Shown piece after piece: positions 8,431 through 18,279 of a stretch of 55,409 nucleotides of DNA (its first letter is position 1; the number at the start of each line of letters is the position of its first letter). This stretch comes from a virus. Lineage: Duplodnaviria; Heunggongvirae; Uroviricota; Caudoviricetes. Location: IMG/VR virus record IMGVR_UViG_2531839531_000009. The stretch is one strand, 5' to 3'. The translations under genes were made by a program, and so were the position numbers. The notes beneath the pieces are model-generated. The model saw nothing but the letters and a program-made list of their open reading frames with translations. It did not search any database and was not told the DNA's origin.

Positions 8431-9163
8431 AAAAAAGACGGTATTTAAATCGGGTGGTGTTTAATACCCCCAGGGGGATAGAAATCCCTACACCTCATTG
8501 CTTATGGGACCGCCCGCCTACCCTTGTTCACATCGCCACAGGTTCGAAAACTTTTTTTGGGAAGGTGTGCACGGGATTGATAGATGAGGTCTATCTATAA
8601 AAAATCACAAAATCCGCGCCATTGCTGGATCCGCCAAAAATCCCCCACCTTACGGCAGACAAAGAAAACGCGAATTATGGGCCTGTTGCAGAGAAAAAAG
8701 GTCTCACTAGTTTTGCGCACCCTAGCATCGAGGTTCGTCAGCCTCCCATCAGCAACCAGATAACTAATCTCGCTGGTGGGCATGATGCCGATATGGGGAC
8801 TTCCATAACGGTTTATCCGTGATCATCCACCAGCTTCATGGCGGATAGCCGGAAAATGATAACGGTATAGCCCGTCGCTTGTGTCTATTTGTTCCGCATT
8901 GTTGCATACAGTGCACCGAACGGTGTAGTTAATGGTGTAGTTAATTTGCGATTTTTAACGTTATTTGCAGCGATGTTTGTTGGTTAAATTCAATAAGTTA
9001 TGCGCATTTAATTATAAATATCGTGAATGAATAATCATGCATAAGCATTTTGCTTAAAATATCGGCAATATTTGGAACTTATTACTGGAATTTTGGGTAA
9101 TACGTTGTTGGACCGACCCGGTCTGGTTATCATATCGCGCTCTTAATTGCGGGAGGATGTAAC

Positions 9164-9727
9164 ATGAACCTTGACGACAAATCGCTGTTTCTTGACGCCA
9201 TGGAAGATGTCCAGCCGCTGAAACGTGCTACCGATGTCCACTGGCATCCAACGCGTAACCAACGTGCGCCGCAGCGTATCGACACGCTGCAGCTTGATAA
9301 TTTCCTCACCACCGGATTTCTCGACATCATCCCACTAAGTCAGCCGCTGGAGTTTCGGCGGGAAGGGTTGCAACATGGGGTGCTGGATAAGCTGCGCAGT
9401 GGTAAATATCCGCAACAGGCGAGCCTGAATCTTTTGCGCCAGCCGGTGGAAGAGTGCCGCAAAATGATGTTCAGTTTCATTCAACAAGCCATGGCTGATG
9501 GTTTGCGTAACGTGCTGATTATTCATGGCAAAGGACGGGATGATAAATCGCATGCCAATATTGTCCGCAGCTATGTGGCGCGCTGGCTGACCGAATTTGA
9601 TGATGTTCAGGCATATTGCACTGCGCTACCGCATCATGGCGGCAGCGGGGCGTGTTACGTCGCACTACGTAAAACGGCGCAGGCGAAGCAAGAAAACTGG
9701 GAGCGCCACGCTAAGCGCAGTCGTTGA
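9164..9727 (+). CDS. smrA: Smr-domain endonuclease SmrA (YdaL)
   Basis: 187-aa ORF with the Smr-domain motif LIIHGKGRDD...VRSYVARWL; position upstream of dgcM as in K-12. Confidence 0.85.
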   Translation: MNLDDKSLFLDAMEDVQPLKRATDVHWHPTRNQRAPQRIDTLQLDNFLTTGFLDIIPLSQPLEFRREGLQHGVLDKLRSGKYPQQASLNLLRQPVEECRKMMFSFIQQAMADGLRNVLIIHGKGRDDKSHANIVRSYVARWLTEFDDVQAYCTALPHHGGSGACYVALRKTAQAKQENWERHAKRSR

Positions 9728-9747
9728 TCTCGAGACGCATCCGCGGC

Positions 9748-10980
9748 TTATGCCGCCAGCACGCGGTTGCGTCCATCATTTTTCGCCCGATACAAAGCAT
9801 CATCAACGCGTTTAAACAGTTCATCGATGCTTTCATTTCCTTCGTGATGCGCCACACCAATGCTGACGGTAAAGCGTGGTAAGCCCGAAATACTCACTTT
9901 TGCCACGCTTACACGGATAGTTTCAGCCAGCGAAAGCGCGGTATCCAGTGGGGTTCTTGGTAGCAATAAGACAAACTCTTCGCCTCCCCAACGAAACACC
10001 AAATCGCCTTTGCGAGCGCAACTTTCAAGGGTGCGGGCGAGGGCGCATAACACCTCATCACCTTTAGAATGCCCATAGAGATCGTTAATGTGTTTAAAAC
10101 GATCGGTGTCGATGAGCAACAAGCTGTAATCCTGAGCGATGGCGAGATGCTGCATTTGGCCTGGCTCGGTAATGTGATAAAACTGTCGCCGATTCAGTAA
10201 TCCGGTCATCGCGTCATGGTGAGCAGCATGTTCCAGCTGCTCCTCCAGCAGTTTTTGCTCAGTAATATCATGCACAATACATAACATGAGCTTGTCGCCA
10301 TAAATTTCAATCGGCCCGGCATAGGTCTGCACATGACGAGTAGATCCATCCGCCAGTTTATGAACAAAATTCAAAGGTTTATGACCGCCGGGTAAATGCG
10401 AAATTTCATGCATGATAGGCATGACGCGACGCCCGAGCATATTAATTTCCCAGGTATGTTTCTGGCACATCGTTTCATGGTTATAACCATAGAAATTGAG
10501 CGCGGCGAGGTTAGCATCGACGATTTGGCCATCTCGTGAGGGGTCAATCAACAACATTGGTGCAGAGTTAGTCAGAAAAAAGCGCGCATAAAAACCTTGT
10601 TTTTTGCGCTGATAATTTGCCGAGCGACTGGCTTTTAAACCCAGCGTTGCCGGCGCTTCGATACCTTCGAAAATAATCACCGGTTCTGTTTCTGTCAGCT
10701 CTCGCAAAACAAGCCGACAGCTTAATGCTGTTTCCTCTTCTTTACGCTGAACAGTGAGGATTTCGATAATATCGTGTTGGTTTTGCAGATCGGAGAGGTA
10801 TTTCGGCAGTTCTTTTTGTGAGGAGACGGAATAGGGTCCGGTTCGTAGCTGACTAAACGTGAGGTCTTGCATCAACAGTCGCGCCGCGCTATTGGCATAA
10901 ATTAACTGTTCCTCAAAGGGCGAAACAATCCAGACAGGACTGGTGAGTAAGTCCAGGGTATTGAAGTTGTGCGTAATCAT
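9748..10980 (-). CDS. dgcM: diguanylate cyclase DgcM (YdaM), PAS-GGDEF
   Basis: 410 aa from the internal ATG; GGEEF active-site motif (RWGGEEFVLLL) and PAS region; K-12 gene order. Confidence 0.85.
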   Translation of the reverse strand: MITHNFNTLDLLTSPVWIVSPFEEQLIYANSAARLLMQDLTFSQLRTGPYSVSSQKELPKYLSDLQNQHDIIEILTVQRKEEETALSCRLVLRELTETEPVIIFEGIEAPATLGLKASRSANYQRKKQGFYARFFLTNSAPMLLIDPSRDGQIVDANLAALNFYGYNHETMCQKHTWEINMLGRRVMPIMHEISHLPGGHKPLNFVHKLADGSTRHVQTYAGPIEIYGDKLMLCIVHDITEQKLLEEQLEHAAHHDAMTGLLNRRQFYHITEPGQMQHLAIAQDYSLLLIDTDRFKHINDLYGHSKGDEVLCALARTLESCARKGDLVFRWGGEEFVLLLPRTPLDTALSLAETIRVSVAKVSISGLPRFTVSIGVAHHEGNESIDELFKRVDDALYRAKNDGRNRVLAA

Positions 10981-11213
10981 TGAGATCCCGTTATTTTTAT
11001 CAATTTTTGTTGCTATCCGATCGCAAAAAAGCCACGTCATATGATCAGATAATTCTGATAATGATAGACGCTATTTAACACTTCACACGGTTTGTATACG
11101 GAAAAGCATTTTGCTTTTTGTATTCAATTTAGACAGAATTTTATTAATCATTTCAGGGTAATGGGGTGATGAGATGTTGCGTAACAGGGCCAGAAGGCTA
11201 GACTACAAAATAA

Positions 11214-12218
<1,005 letters not shown>

Positions 12219-12264
12219 CAAAAGCAATTTTTCCGGCTGTTTGTATACAAAAACGCCGCAAAGT

Positions 12265-12278
12265 TTGAGCGAAGTCAA
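12265..12278. promoter_or_regulatory. FNR-box-like site upstream of fnrS
   Basis: TTGAG-CGAA-GTCAA resembles the FNR consensus TTGAT-N4-ATCAA and is centred about 42 bp upstream of the predicted fnrS start. Confidence 0.45.
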
Positions 12279-12313
12279 TAAACTCTCTACCCATTCAGGG
12301 CAATATCTCCCTT

Positions 12314-12435
12314 GCAGGTGAATGCAACGTCAAGCGATGGGCGTTGCGCTCCATATTGTCTTACTTCCTTTTTTGAATTACTGCATAGCACAATTGATTC
12401 GTACGACGCCGACTTTGATGAGTCGGCTTTTTTTT
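12314..12435 (+). ncRNA. fnrS: FnrS small RNA
   Basis: gcaggtgaatgcaacgtcaagcgatgggcgttgcgctccatattgtc... ending in hairpin gacgccgactttgatgagtcggc plus T8 matches my recollection of E. coli FnrS; between zntB and dbpA as in K-12. Confidence 0.7.
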
Positions 12436-12695
12436 GCCTGTTATTTATCAGCGTCTACCCTTTAAGAGTCCACCCAATGACCGGAGGGAAATATGACGAC
12501 ACTTATTTATTTGCAAATTCCTGTCCCTGAACCGATTCCTGGCGATCCTGTTCCAGTGCCCGATCCGATCCCTCGCCCGCAACCCATGCCTGACCCACCA
12601 CCTGATGAAGAACCGATTAAATTGTCGCATCGTGAGCGTAGATCTGCGAGGATACGCGCCTGCTAACTTTGCGTCGATGACCACGAGAATAGATT

Positions 12696-14069
12696 GTGAC
12701 CGCTTTTTCTACCCTGAATGTTTTGCCTCCCGCCCAACTCACGAACCTTAATGAGTTGGGTTATTTAACCATGACGCCGGTGCAGGCCGCCGCGCTTCCG
12801 GCGATCCTTGCCGGAAAAGATGTTCGCGTGCAGGCGAAAACCGGCAGCGGCAAAACGGCGGCTTTTGGCCTCGGCTTGTTACAGCAAATTGATGCGTCGC
12901 TATTTCAAACCCAGGCTTTAGTGCTGTGTCCTACGCGTGAACTGGCGGATCAGGTGGCAGGTGAATTGCGTCGGCTGGCGCGTTTTCTGCCAAATACCAA
13001 AATTTTGACGTTGTGCGGTGGTCAACCGTTCGGTATGCAGCGTGATTCGTTGCAACATGCGCCGCATATTATCGTGGCAACGCCGGGTCGTTTGCTGGAT
13101 CACTTGCAAAAAGGCACGGTATCACTGGATGCGCTGAATACTTTGGTGATGGATGAGGCCGACCGCATGCTGGATATGGGATTTAGCGATGCCATTGATG
13201 ATGTCATCCGTTTTGCGCCTGCATCTCGACAGACGCTTCTGTTTTCGGCAACCTGGCCGGAAGCCATCGCCGCAATCAGCGGACGAGTGCAACGCGATCC
13301 TTTGGCGATTGAAATTGACTCAACAGATGCTTTGCCACCCATTGAACAACAATTTTATGAGACATCCAGTAAAGGCAAAATTCCTCTGTTGCAACGGTTA
13401 TTAAGTTTGCATCAGCCATCCTCTTGTGTGGTGTTTTGCAATACCAAAAAAGATTGCCAGGCTGTCTGCGACGCGCTGAATGAAGTAGGGCAAAGTGCAT
13501 TGTCGTTACACGGCGATCTGGAGCAACGCGATCGCGATCAGACCCTGGTACGTTTTGCTAACGGTAGCGCCCGTGTACTGGTTGCGACTGATGTTGCTGC
13601 GCGTGGTCTGGATATTAAATCGCTTGAGCTGGTGGTGAACTTTGAGCTGGCGTGGGACCCTGAAGTTCATGTACATCGCATCGGCCGTACAGCTCGTGCA
13701 GGAAATAGCGGTCTGGCGATCAGTTTCTGTGCTCCGGAAGAAGCACAGCGGGCCAATATCATTTCTGACATGTTGCAGATAAAACTTAACTGGCAAACGC
13801 CGCCAGCTAATAGTTCCATTTTGCCGCTGGAAGCAGAAATGGCAACGTTGTGTATCGATGGCGGGAAAAAAGCCAAAATGCGCCCGGGTGATGTATTAGG
13901 TGCGCTGACAGGAGACATCGGGCTTGATGGCGCAGATATTGGCAAAATCGCCGTGCATCCGGCGCATGTCTATGTCGCGGTGCGTCAGGCTGTTGCTCAT
14001 AAAGCATGGAAACAGTTACAGGGCGGGAAGATTAAAGGAAAAACGTGCCGGGTGCGGTTATTAAAATAA
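12696..14069 (+). CDS. dbpA: ATP-dependent RNA helicase DbpA (DEAD-box)
   Basis: 457 aa, GTG start; motifs AKTGSGKT, PTRELA, DEAD (VMDEADRML), SAT, HRIGRTAR. Confidence 0.9.
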   Translation: MTAFSTLNVLPPAQLTNLNELGYLTMTPVQAAALPAILAGKDVRVQAKTGSGKTAAFGLGLLQQIDASLFQTQALVLCPTRELADQVAGELRRLARFLPNTKILTLCGGQPFGMQRDSLQHAPHIIVATPGRLLDHLQKGTVSLDALNTLVMDEADRMLDMGFSDAIDDVIRFAPASRQTLLFSATWPEAIAAISGRVQRDPLAIEIDSTDALPPIEQQFYETSSKGKIPLLQRLLSLHQPSSCVVFCNTKKDCQAVCDALNEVGQSALSLHGDLEQRDRDQTLVRFANGSARVLVATDVAARGLDIKSLELVVNFELAWDPEVHVHRIGRTARAGNSGLAISFCAPEEAQRANIISDMLQIKLNWQTPPANSSILPLEAEMATLCIDGGKKAKMRPGDVLGALTGDIGLDGADIGKIAVHPAHVYVAVRQAVAHKAWKQLQGGKIKGKTCRVRLLK

Positions 14070-14116
14070 TGAAATGTTGAATTGCCGGGTGCAAGAGTAA
14101 ACATCTTATGCGGGAT

Positions 14117-14190
14117 TGCCGGATGCGACGCTGGCCGCGTCTTATCCGGCCTCCATAAGAGTAGCCCGATACGCTTGCGCATCGGGCGCT
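14117..14190. repeat. REP (repetitive extragenic palindrome) elements
   Basis: tgccggatgcgacgctggccgcgtcttatccggcct followed by gcccgatacgcttgcgcatcgggcgc, classic REP-type palindromes between convergent dbpA and ttcA. Confidence 0.5.
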
Positions 14191-14197
14191 ATCCTGG

Positions 14198-15133
14198 TTA
14201 TTTCACTTCAACCACATTCAGCCGTAACTCATCCAACTGATTTTCATCTTCTTCTGGCTGCCAGCCCGCCGGTTGTAGTGGGATCTCTTCGCGATCAAAC
14301 GCCAGATCACCCCCGTTAACCACTTCAGAACCGTGGGTAATGCCTTTGAAATCGAACAGGTTGGTATCGCACAGATGCGACGGCACCACATTCTGCATCG
14401 CGCTGAACATCGTCTCGATACGCCCTGGATAACGTTTATCCCAGTCACGCAACATGTCAGCAATCACCTGACGTTGCAGGTTAGGCTGTGAACCGCACAG
14501 GTTGCACGGAATAATCGGGAACGCTTTTGCATCGGCAAATCGCTGAATATCTTTCTCGCGGCAGTAGGCCAGCGGACGAATAACGATATGTTTGCCATCA
14601 TCGCTCATCAGTTTCGGAGGCATACCTTTCATCTTGCCGCCGTAGAACATATTTAAGAACAACGTTTGCAGGATATCGTCACGATGGTGACCCAACGCGA
14701 TCTTCGTCGCCCCCAGTTCCGTTGCGGTACGATAAAGGATACCGCGACGAAGGCGAGAACACAGTGAGCAAGTGGTTTTGCCCTCTGGAATCTTCTCTTT
14801 CACGATACCGTAAGTATTCTCTTCAACAATCTTGTACTCAACGCCCAGCTTTTCAAGATACTCGGGCAGAACGTGTTCCGGGAAGCCCGGTTGCTTTTGA
14901 TCGAGGTTAACAGCCACCAGCGAAAAATTGATTGGCGCGCTTTGCTGCAAATTGCGCAGAATCTCCAGCATGGTATAGCTGTCTTTACCCCCGGAGAGGC
15001 AAACCATGATGCGATCGCCTTCTTCAATCATATTGAAGTCAGCAATGGCTTCGCCCACGTTACGACGCAGACGTTTTTGTAATTTGTTCAGGTTGTATTG
15101 TGCTTTCTTTGTAATTTGTTGATTTTCTTGCAT
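14198..15133 (-). CDS. ttcA: tRNA 2-thiocytidine biosynthesis protein TtcA
   Basis: 311 aa; PP-loop SGGKDS and CxxC motifs ([16 protein letters not shown]). Confidence 0.9.
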   Translation of the reverse strand: MQENQQITKKAQYNLNKLQKRLRRNVGEAIADFNMIEEGDRIMVCLSGGKDSYTMLEILRNLQQSAPINFSLVAVNLDQKQPGFPEHVLPEYLEKLGVEYKIVEENTYGIVKEKIPEGKTTCSLCSRLRRGILYRTATELGATKIALGHHRDDILQTLFLNMFYGGKMKGMPPKLMSDDGKHIVIRPLAYCREKDIQRFADAKAFPIIPCNLCGSQPNLQRQVIADMLRDWDKRYPGRIETMFSAMQNVVPSHLCDTNLFDFKGITHGSEVVNGGDLAFDREEIPLQPAGWQPEEDENQLDELRLNVVEVK

Positions 15134-15184
15134 TATTTCAGTTCTCTGGTACTAAATGGGGCATATTGAGGGCAAACTTTGCAA

Positions 15185-16420
15185 CTACGATAACCGTGCA
15201 TTCAACATGGCTACCTGTTCGTCGTTCATGTCATCAATCCACATACCGTAAATTTCATACACCATCTGCGCAGTTTCATGCCCCATTTGGCTGGCTATAA
15301 ATGCCGGGTTCGCTCCTGCCGTCAACAGCCAGCAGGCAAAAGTATGCCGCGTATGGTACGGATTACGGCGGCGAATACCAGCACGTTTTACTGCTGCATT
15401 CCACCTTGCCCCCAAACTGCTTACCGAGTAATAAGGTTTTTGTTTTCCGTTACACACCCTGGGCATGAAAACAAAATGCAGTTTTTGCTTTTCGGTTCTG
15501 CCGTACTCCCGATGATAAAAGGTGATTTCGCTTTTGCGATGATGCCCGGTCAGTTTGTATTGCTCCTTCAGTGCTTCAAGAGCAGGCTGCAGTAGTGTTA
15601 CTGTCCGGATCCCGGCATTTGTTTTTGGGGGACCGAACATATCAAGTATCGTCAGGTTTCTTCTGACATTCACTATTCCCTTTTCGAGATCCACATCCTC
15701 CCACGCCAGAGCTGCCAGTTCCCCGTGACGAAGTCCTGAGTAAACGGCAAATTTCCACAAGTTCTGGCTCTGTCCTTTTTCACTTTCCATTAATGCATTG
15801 AATTCTGTTTTAGATAACGGATCAGGCTTTATTCTGTTTCGCTGTAATTTTTTTACTCCTTCAAATGGTTTGGTTGATATAAATCCCGACTGATACGCAA
15901 AACGTAACAGCGAACAGAGCAGGGCGATATAGTTATCAACTGTGCGTACGGTTCTTCCTTTTTTGTTGGATCTTGGATTATCCAGGTAAAGCGTTTCTCC
16001 ATGCAGCAGTTCATTCCGGTAATTTAAGATATCGCTATAACGAATATGTGATATCGGGGTACTTTCACAAATTATTATTCTGAGTGTTTTTAATTGTGAT
16101 TTCGTTTTCTTCATTGTGTTTGTTGTTAACTCTGTTTCTTTAATTTTTGTCCAGATATCACAAAGCTCCCCGAACGTTTTTATGACTCTCGTTGTCACCA
16201 TTTTTGCCCCAGTGCTGGACTGGGGAAAACGTCTTAAATACTCAAATTCACCGGAGTTTATTTCATGAACTATCAGCGCTCTTAAATTTCCGGCCTTTTT
16301 AATATTACTGTTTGTAATCTCCCAGCCTTTTAATGTTTCCCGACATCGTTTTCCTCGAAACATGAACCAGATGCGAATGTATCTACCTCTAATCTCGACA
16401 CCTGTTGGTAATTTAGACAT
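15185..16420 (-). CDS. intR: tyrosine integrase, Rac-type
   Basis: 411 aa; C-terminal catalytic region with RHTFACWLL and HETAQMVYEIYGMW; adjacent to ttcA as in K-12 Rac. Confidence 0.85.
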   Translation of the reverse strand: MSKLPTGVEIRGRYIRIWFMFRGKRCRETLKGWEITNSNIKKAGNLRALIVHEINSGEFEYLRRFPQSSTGAKMVTTRVIKTFGELCDIWTKIKETELTTNTMKKTKSQLKTLRIIICESTPISHIRYSDILNYRNELLHGETLYLDNPRSNKKGRTVRTVDNYIALLCSLLRFAYQSGFISTKPFEGVKKLQRNRIKPDPLSKTEFNALMESEKGQSQNLWKFAVYSGLRHGELAALAWEDVDLEKGIVNVRRNLTILDMFGPPKTNAGIRTVTLLQPALEALKEQYKLTGHHRKSEITFYHREYGRTEKQKLHFVFMPRVCNGKQKPYYSVSSLGARWNAAVKRAGIRRRNPYHTRHTFACWLLTAGANPAFIASQMGHETAQMVYEIYGMWIDDMNDEQVAMLNARLS

Positions 16421-16421
16421 A

Positions 16422-16637
16422 TCATGATTCTTTGATAAACTGATTTATCTTTGGATAGTTGTACCAGATAATTCCTCGTTTGCTGTCTGGCTTACCTAAA
16501 GGAGATACTCGTTTGAAGTGGAAGCCCTCCACCCAACAGTTCTGGCGGTATGCTTCAATTTGTCTGACCCCCAGACCAGTGCGAAGCATCAGGCCGTATT
16601 CAACCATCCACTCTTCATTAAAGATTACTTGTGCCAT
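16422..16637 (-). CDS. xisR: excisionase-like protein
   Basis: Small ORF immediately upstream of int on the same strand; AGGTGA SD before the internal ATG; start uncertain. Confidence 0.55.
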   Translation of the reverse strand: MAQVIFNEEWMVEYGLMLRTGLGVRQIEAYRQNCWVEGFHFKRVSPLGKPDSKRGIIWYNYPKINQFIKES

Positions 16638-16736
16638 CGCATCACCTCTGGCAGGCGCCAATGTTAGACTGAAATTGACGCCCGATGTTGATTATTAATA
16701 ATCAGCTATGAAGTTTTAATTTGAATACAATGCAAC

Positions 16737-16937
16737 TCACGAGGACTGAAGTTTCTCGCAATTGAAATTAATCAGTTTTACTTTCTGCTCTCTGGAAACT
16801 CCTGCTTCTTTTTTACCTGAGAGCATTTTTTCGCATTCTGATTTCGTTAGTTTAGATTTTGAATATCTTGTCCAGTTAGTAGGAGTGCCACCTTCCTTTT
16901 CAATAGTGGCGGTAATTTTATACATGAACATCTCCAT
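16737..16937 (-). CDS. ydaC: YdaC-like small protein
   Basis: ORF between xis and ralR; start uncertain (ATGs at 16937, 16931, 16925) because the longest frame overlaps ralR. Confidence 0.45.
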   Translation of the reverse strand: MEMFMYKITATIEKEGGTPTNWTRYSKSKLTKSECEKMLSGKKEAGVSREQKVKLINFNCEKLQSS

Positions 16938-17112
16938 TATTATTTCCAGTGGTTCGTTTATTCCATCTTTCGAGTGCTTCTTTTTCACTTCCACCATAAC
17001 CGGTTCGGGATTCGCATGCGTTACACTTCGCTCGGTAATATCCTGAAATGGCTTTCACCGTTACTGATGGACAACCACAAAATGGACATGGTTTGACTTT
17101 TTCATACCGCAT
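16918..17112 (-). CDS. ralR: restriction alleviation protein RalR (Lar)
   Basis: MRYEKVKPCPFCGCPSVTVKAISGYYRAKCNACESRTGYGGSEKEALERWNKRTTG matches Lar as recalled. Confidence 0.65.
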   Translation of the reverse strand: MRYEKVKPCPFCGCPSVTVKAISGYYRAKCNACESRTGYGGSEKEALERWNKRTTGNNNGDVHV

Positions 17113-17175
17113 TGTCTTTTCTCTCATATAATAAAATTTTGTGATGGCGGTGAGGCTACACCGCCAAAGTCAATA

Positions 17176-18279
17176 TTAGGATCCGATATATTCTGGTTTC
17201 ATATCTGTCAGTGTCGTTTTATACGCCTCATATAATTCACCCAGATGTGGTCGAGCAGCATTCAGCGTATTTTCCAGAGCAGTAAATTTTTGTTCTGCTT
17301 CTGGATCACCTGATGAAGGCAGGTCATTTATCATCTTCTCGATACTGGCAATAGCATTGAGACGGTGATGACGCCGAACCACTTTTCCTTTAAGCTCGGC
17401 AAAGAATTCGCCGATCTGGTTTTTCTGATCCTCTATCTCTTGGCGTAATGCAGTGGTTTCCTCAGTCGTGGCCGCGCTTTCGACACGCTGCCGGAATTCA
17501 TCAATCCACGCTTCGTCAATACGCTGTTCGATGGTTTCTGTTCGCTGCTCGCTTACCTCTCTATAATTCTGTACCGGCACAGGATTGATGATTTTTTCCT
17601 GTGGCTCTTCCAGTTCGTCCGGGGTATACACGCCCAGGATGACGTCAGGACAATAAAGGCGAGCCCAGTATTTCAACGCCAGATAGGCGAGCTGTTGTTT
17701 CGGGTTTGAGGTCCATAAAGGAGAATTACGCGTAATCACGCTGGAAAGAAACACCGGTTCTCCCCAGGTAATCTCACTTTCACCGCGAAGAACTGCACCA
17801 ACTCGAACGGATAGACCATACTCATCTTCACTGGTCCAACATGGGATCGTTTCTTTTTTCTCATAGATTCCGCCTCCTTTGGCCGTTTTCTTAACGGTCT
17901 CCACTCGGGCGCGAGAGCATTTCTCCCAGTCTCCCTCGTACTTGTAATGGAAGCGGCCTACAATTGCACTTGAGCTAGAGATCACAGCGTTAACAAGTTG
18001 TGCTTCATAACCCAGAACTCCGTTTACCAGGTGTGTTTTCTGAGCCACAGCGTAGGGGTTCATGCCCCATTGCATGGCTTGCATGATGATTGCCATGCAG
18101 TCGGCAGGTTTTCCGCGAAGGTGATCGGGAACTGTGACGGTGGCCTGTGACATCAACCCGGCTACTTCCTGAAGTTGCGTCAACGCCTGAACGTTAAAAA
18201 TAGTGTTACTGGCAGAAATGGTATTTGGTGTCTGCTCTGTCGTGATGATATTGGTATTTTGCATGGTCAGGTTCTCCAT
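17176..18279 (-). CDS. single-strand annealing recombinase, RecT/Red-beta family, with long C-terminal extension
   Basis: 367 aa; core resembles RecT/Bet (QWGMNPY...GVLGYEAQLVN...NPKQQLAYLALKYWARLY) but differs from K-12 RecT as recalled; about 100 extra C-terminal residues. Confidence 0.6.
   Translation of the reverse strand: MENLTMQNTNIITTEQTPNTISASNTIFNVQALTQLQEVAGLMSQATVTVPDHLRGKPADCMAIIMQAMQWGMNPYAVAQKTHLVNGVLGYEAQLVNAVISSSSAIVGRFHYKYEGDWEKCSRARVETVKKTAKGGGIYEKKETIPCWTSEDEYGLSVRVGAVLRGESEITWGEPVFLSSVITRNSPLWTSNPKQQLAYLALKYWARLYCPDVILGVYTPDELEEPQEKIINPVPVQNYREVSEQRTETIEQRIDEAWIDEFRQRVESAATTEETTALRQEIEDQKNQIGEFFAELKGKVVRRHHRLNAIASIEKMINDLPSSGDPEAEQKFTALENTLNAARPHLGELYEAYKTTLTDMKPEYIGS

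Noticed and set aside
8595-8822. ORFs 8622..8822 (+) and 8595..8783 (-) in the island/chromosome junction
   Set aside because: No SD, no recognisable family, mutually overlapping; not reported as genes.
12918-13945. Minus-strand ORFs inside dbpA
   Set aside because: Antisense to a confidently identified DEAD-box helicase gene.
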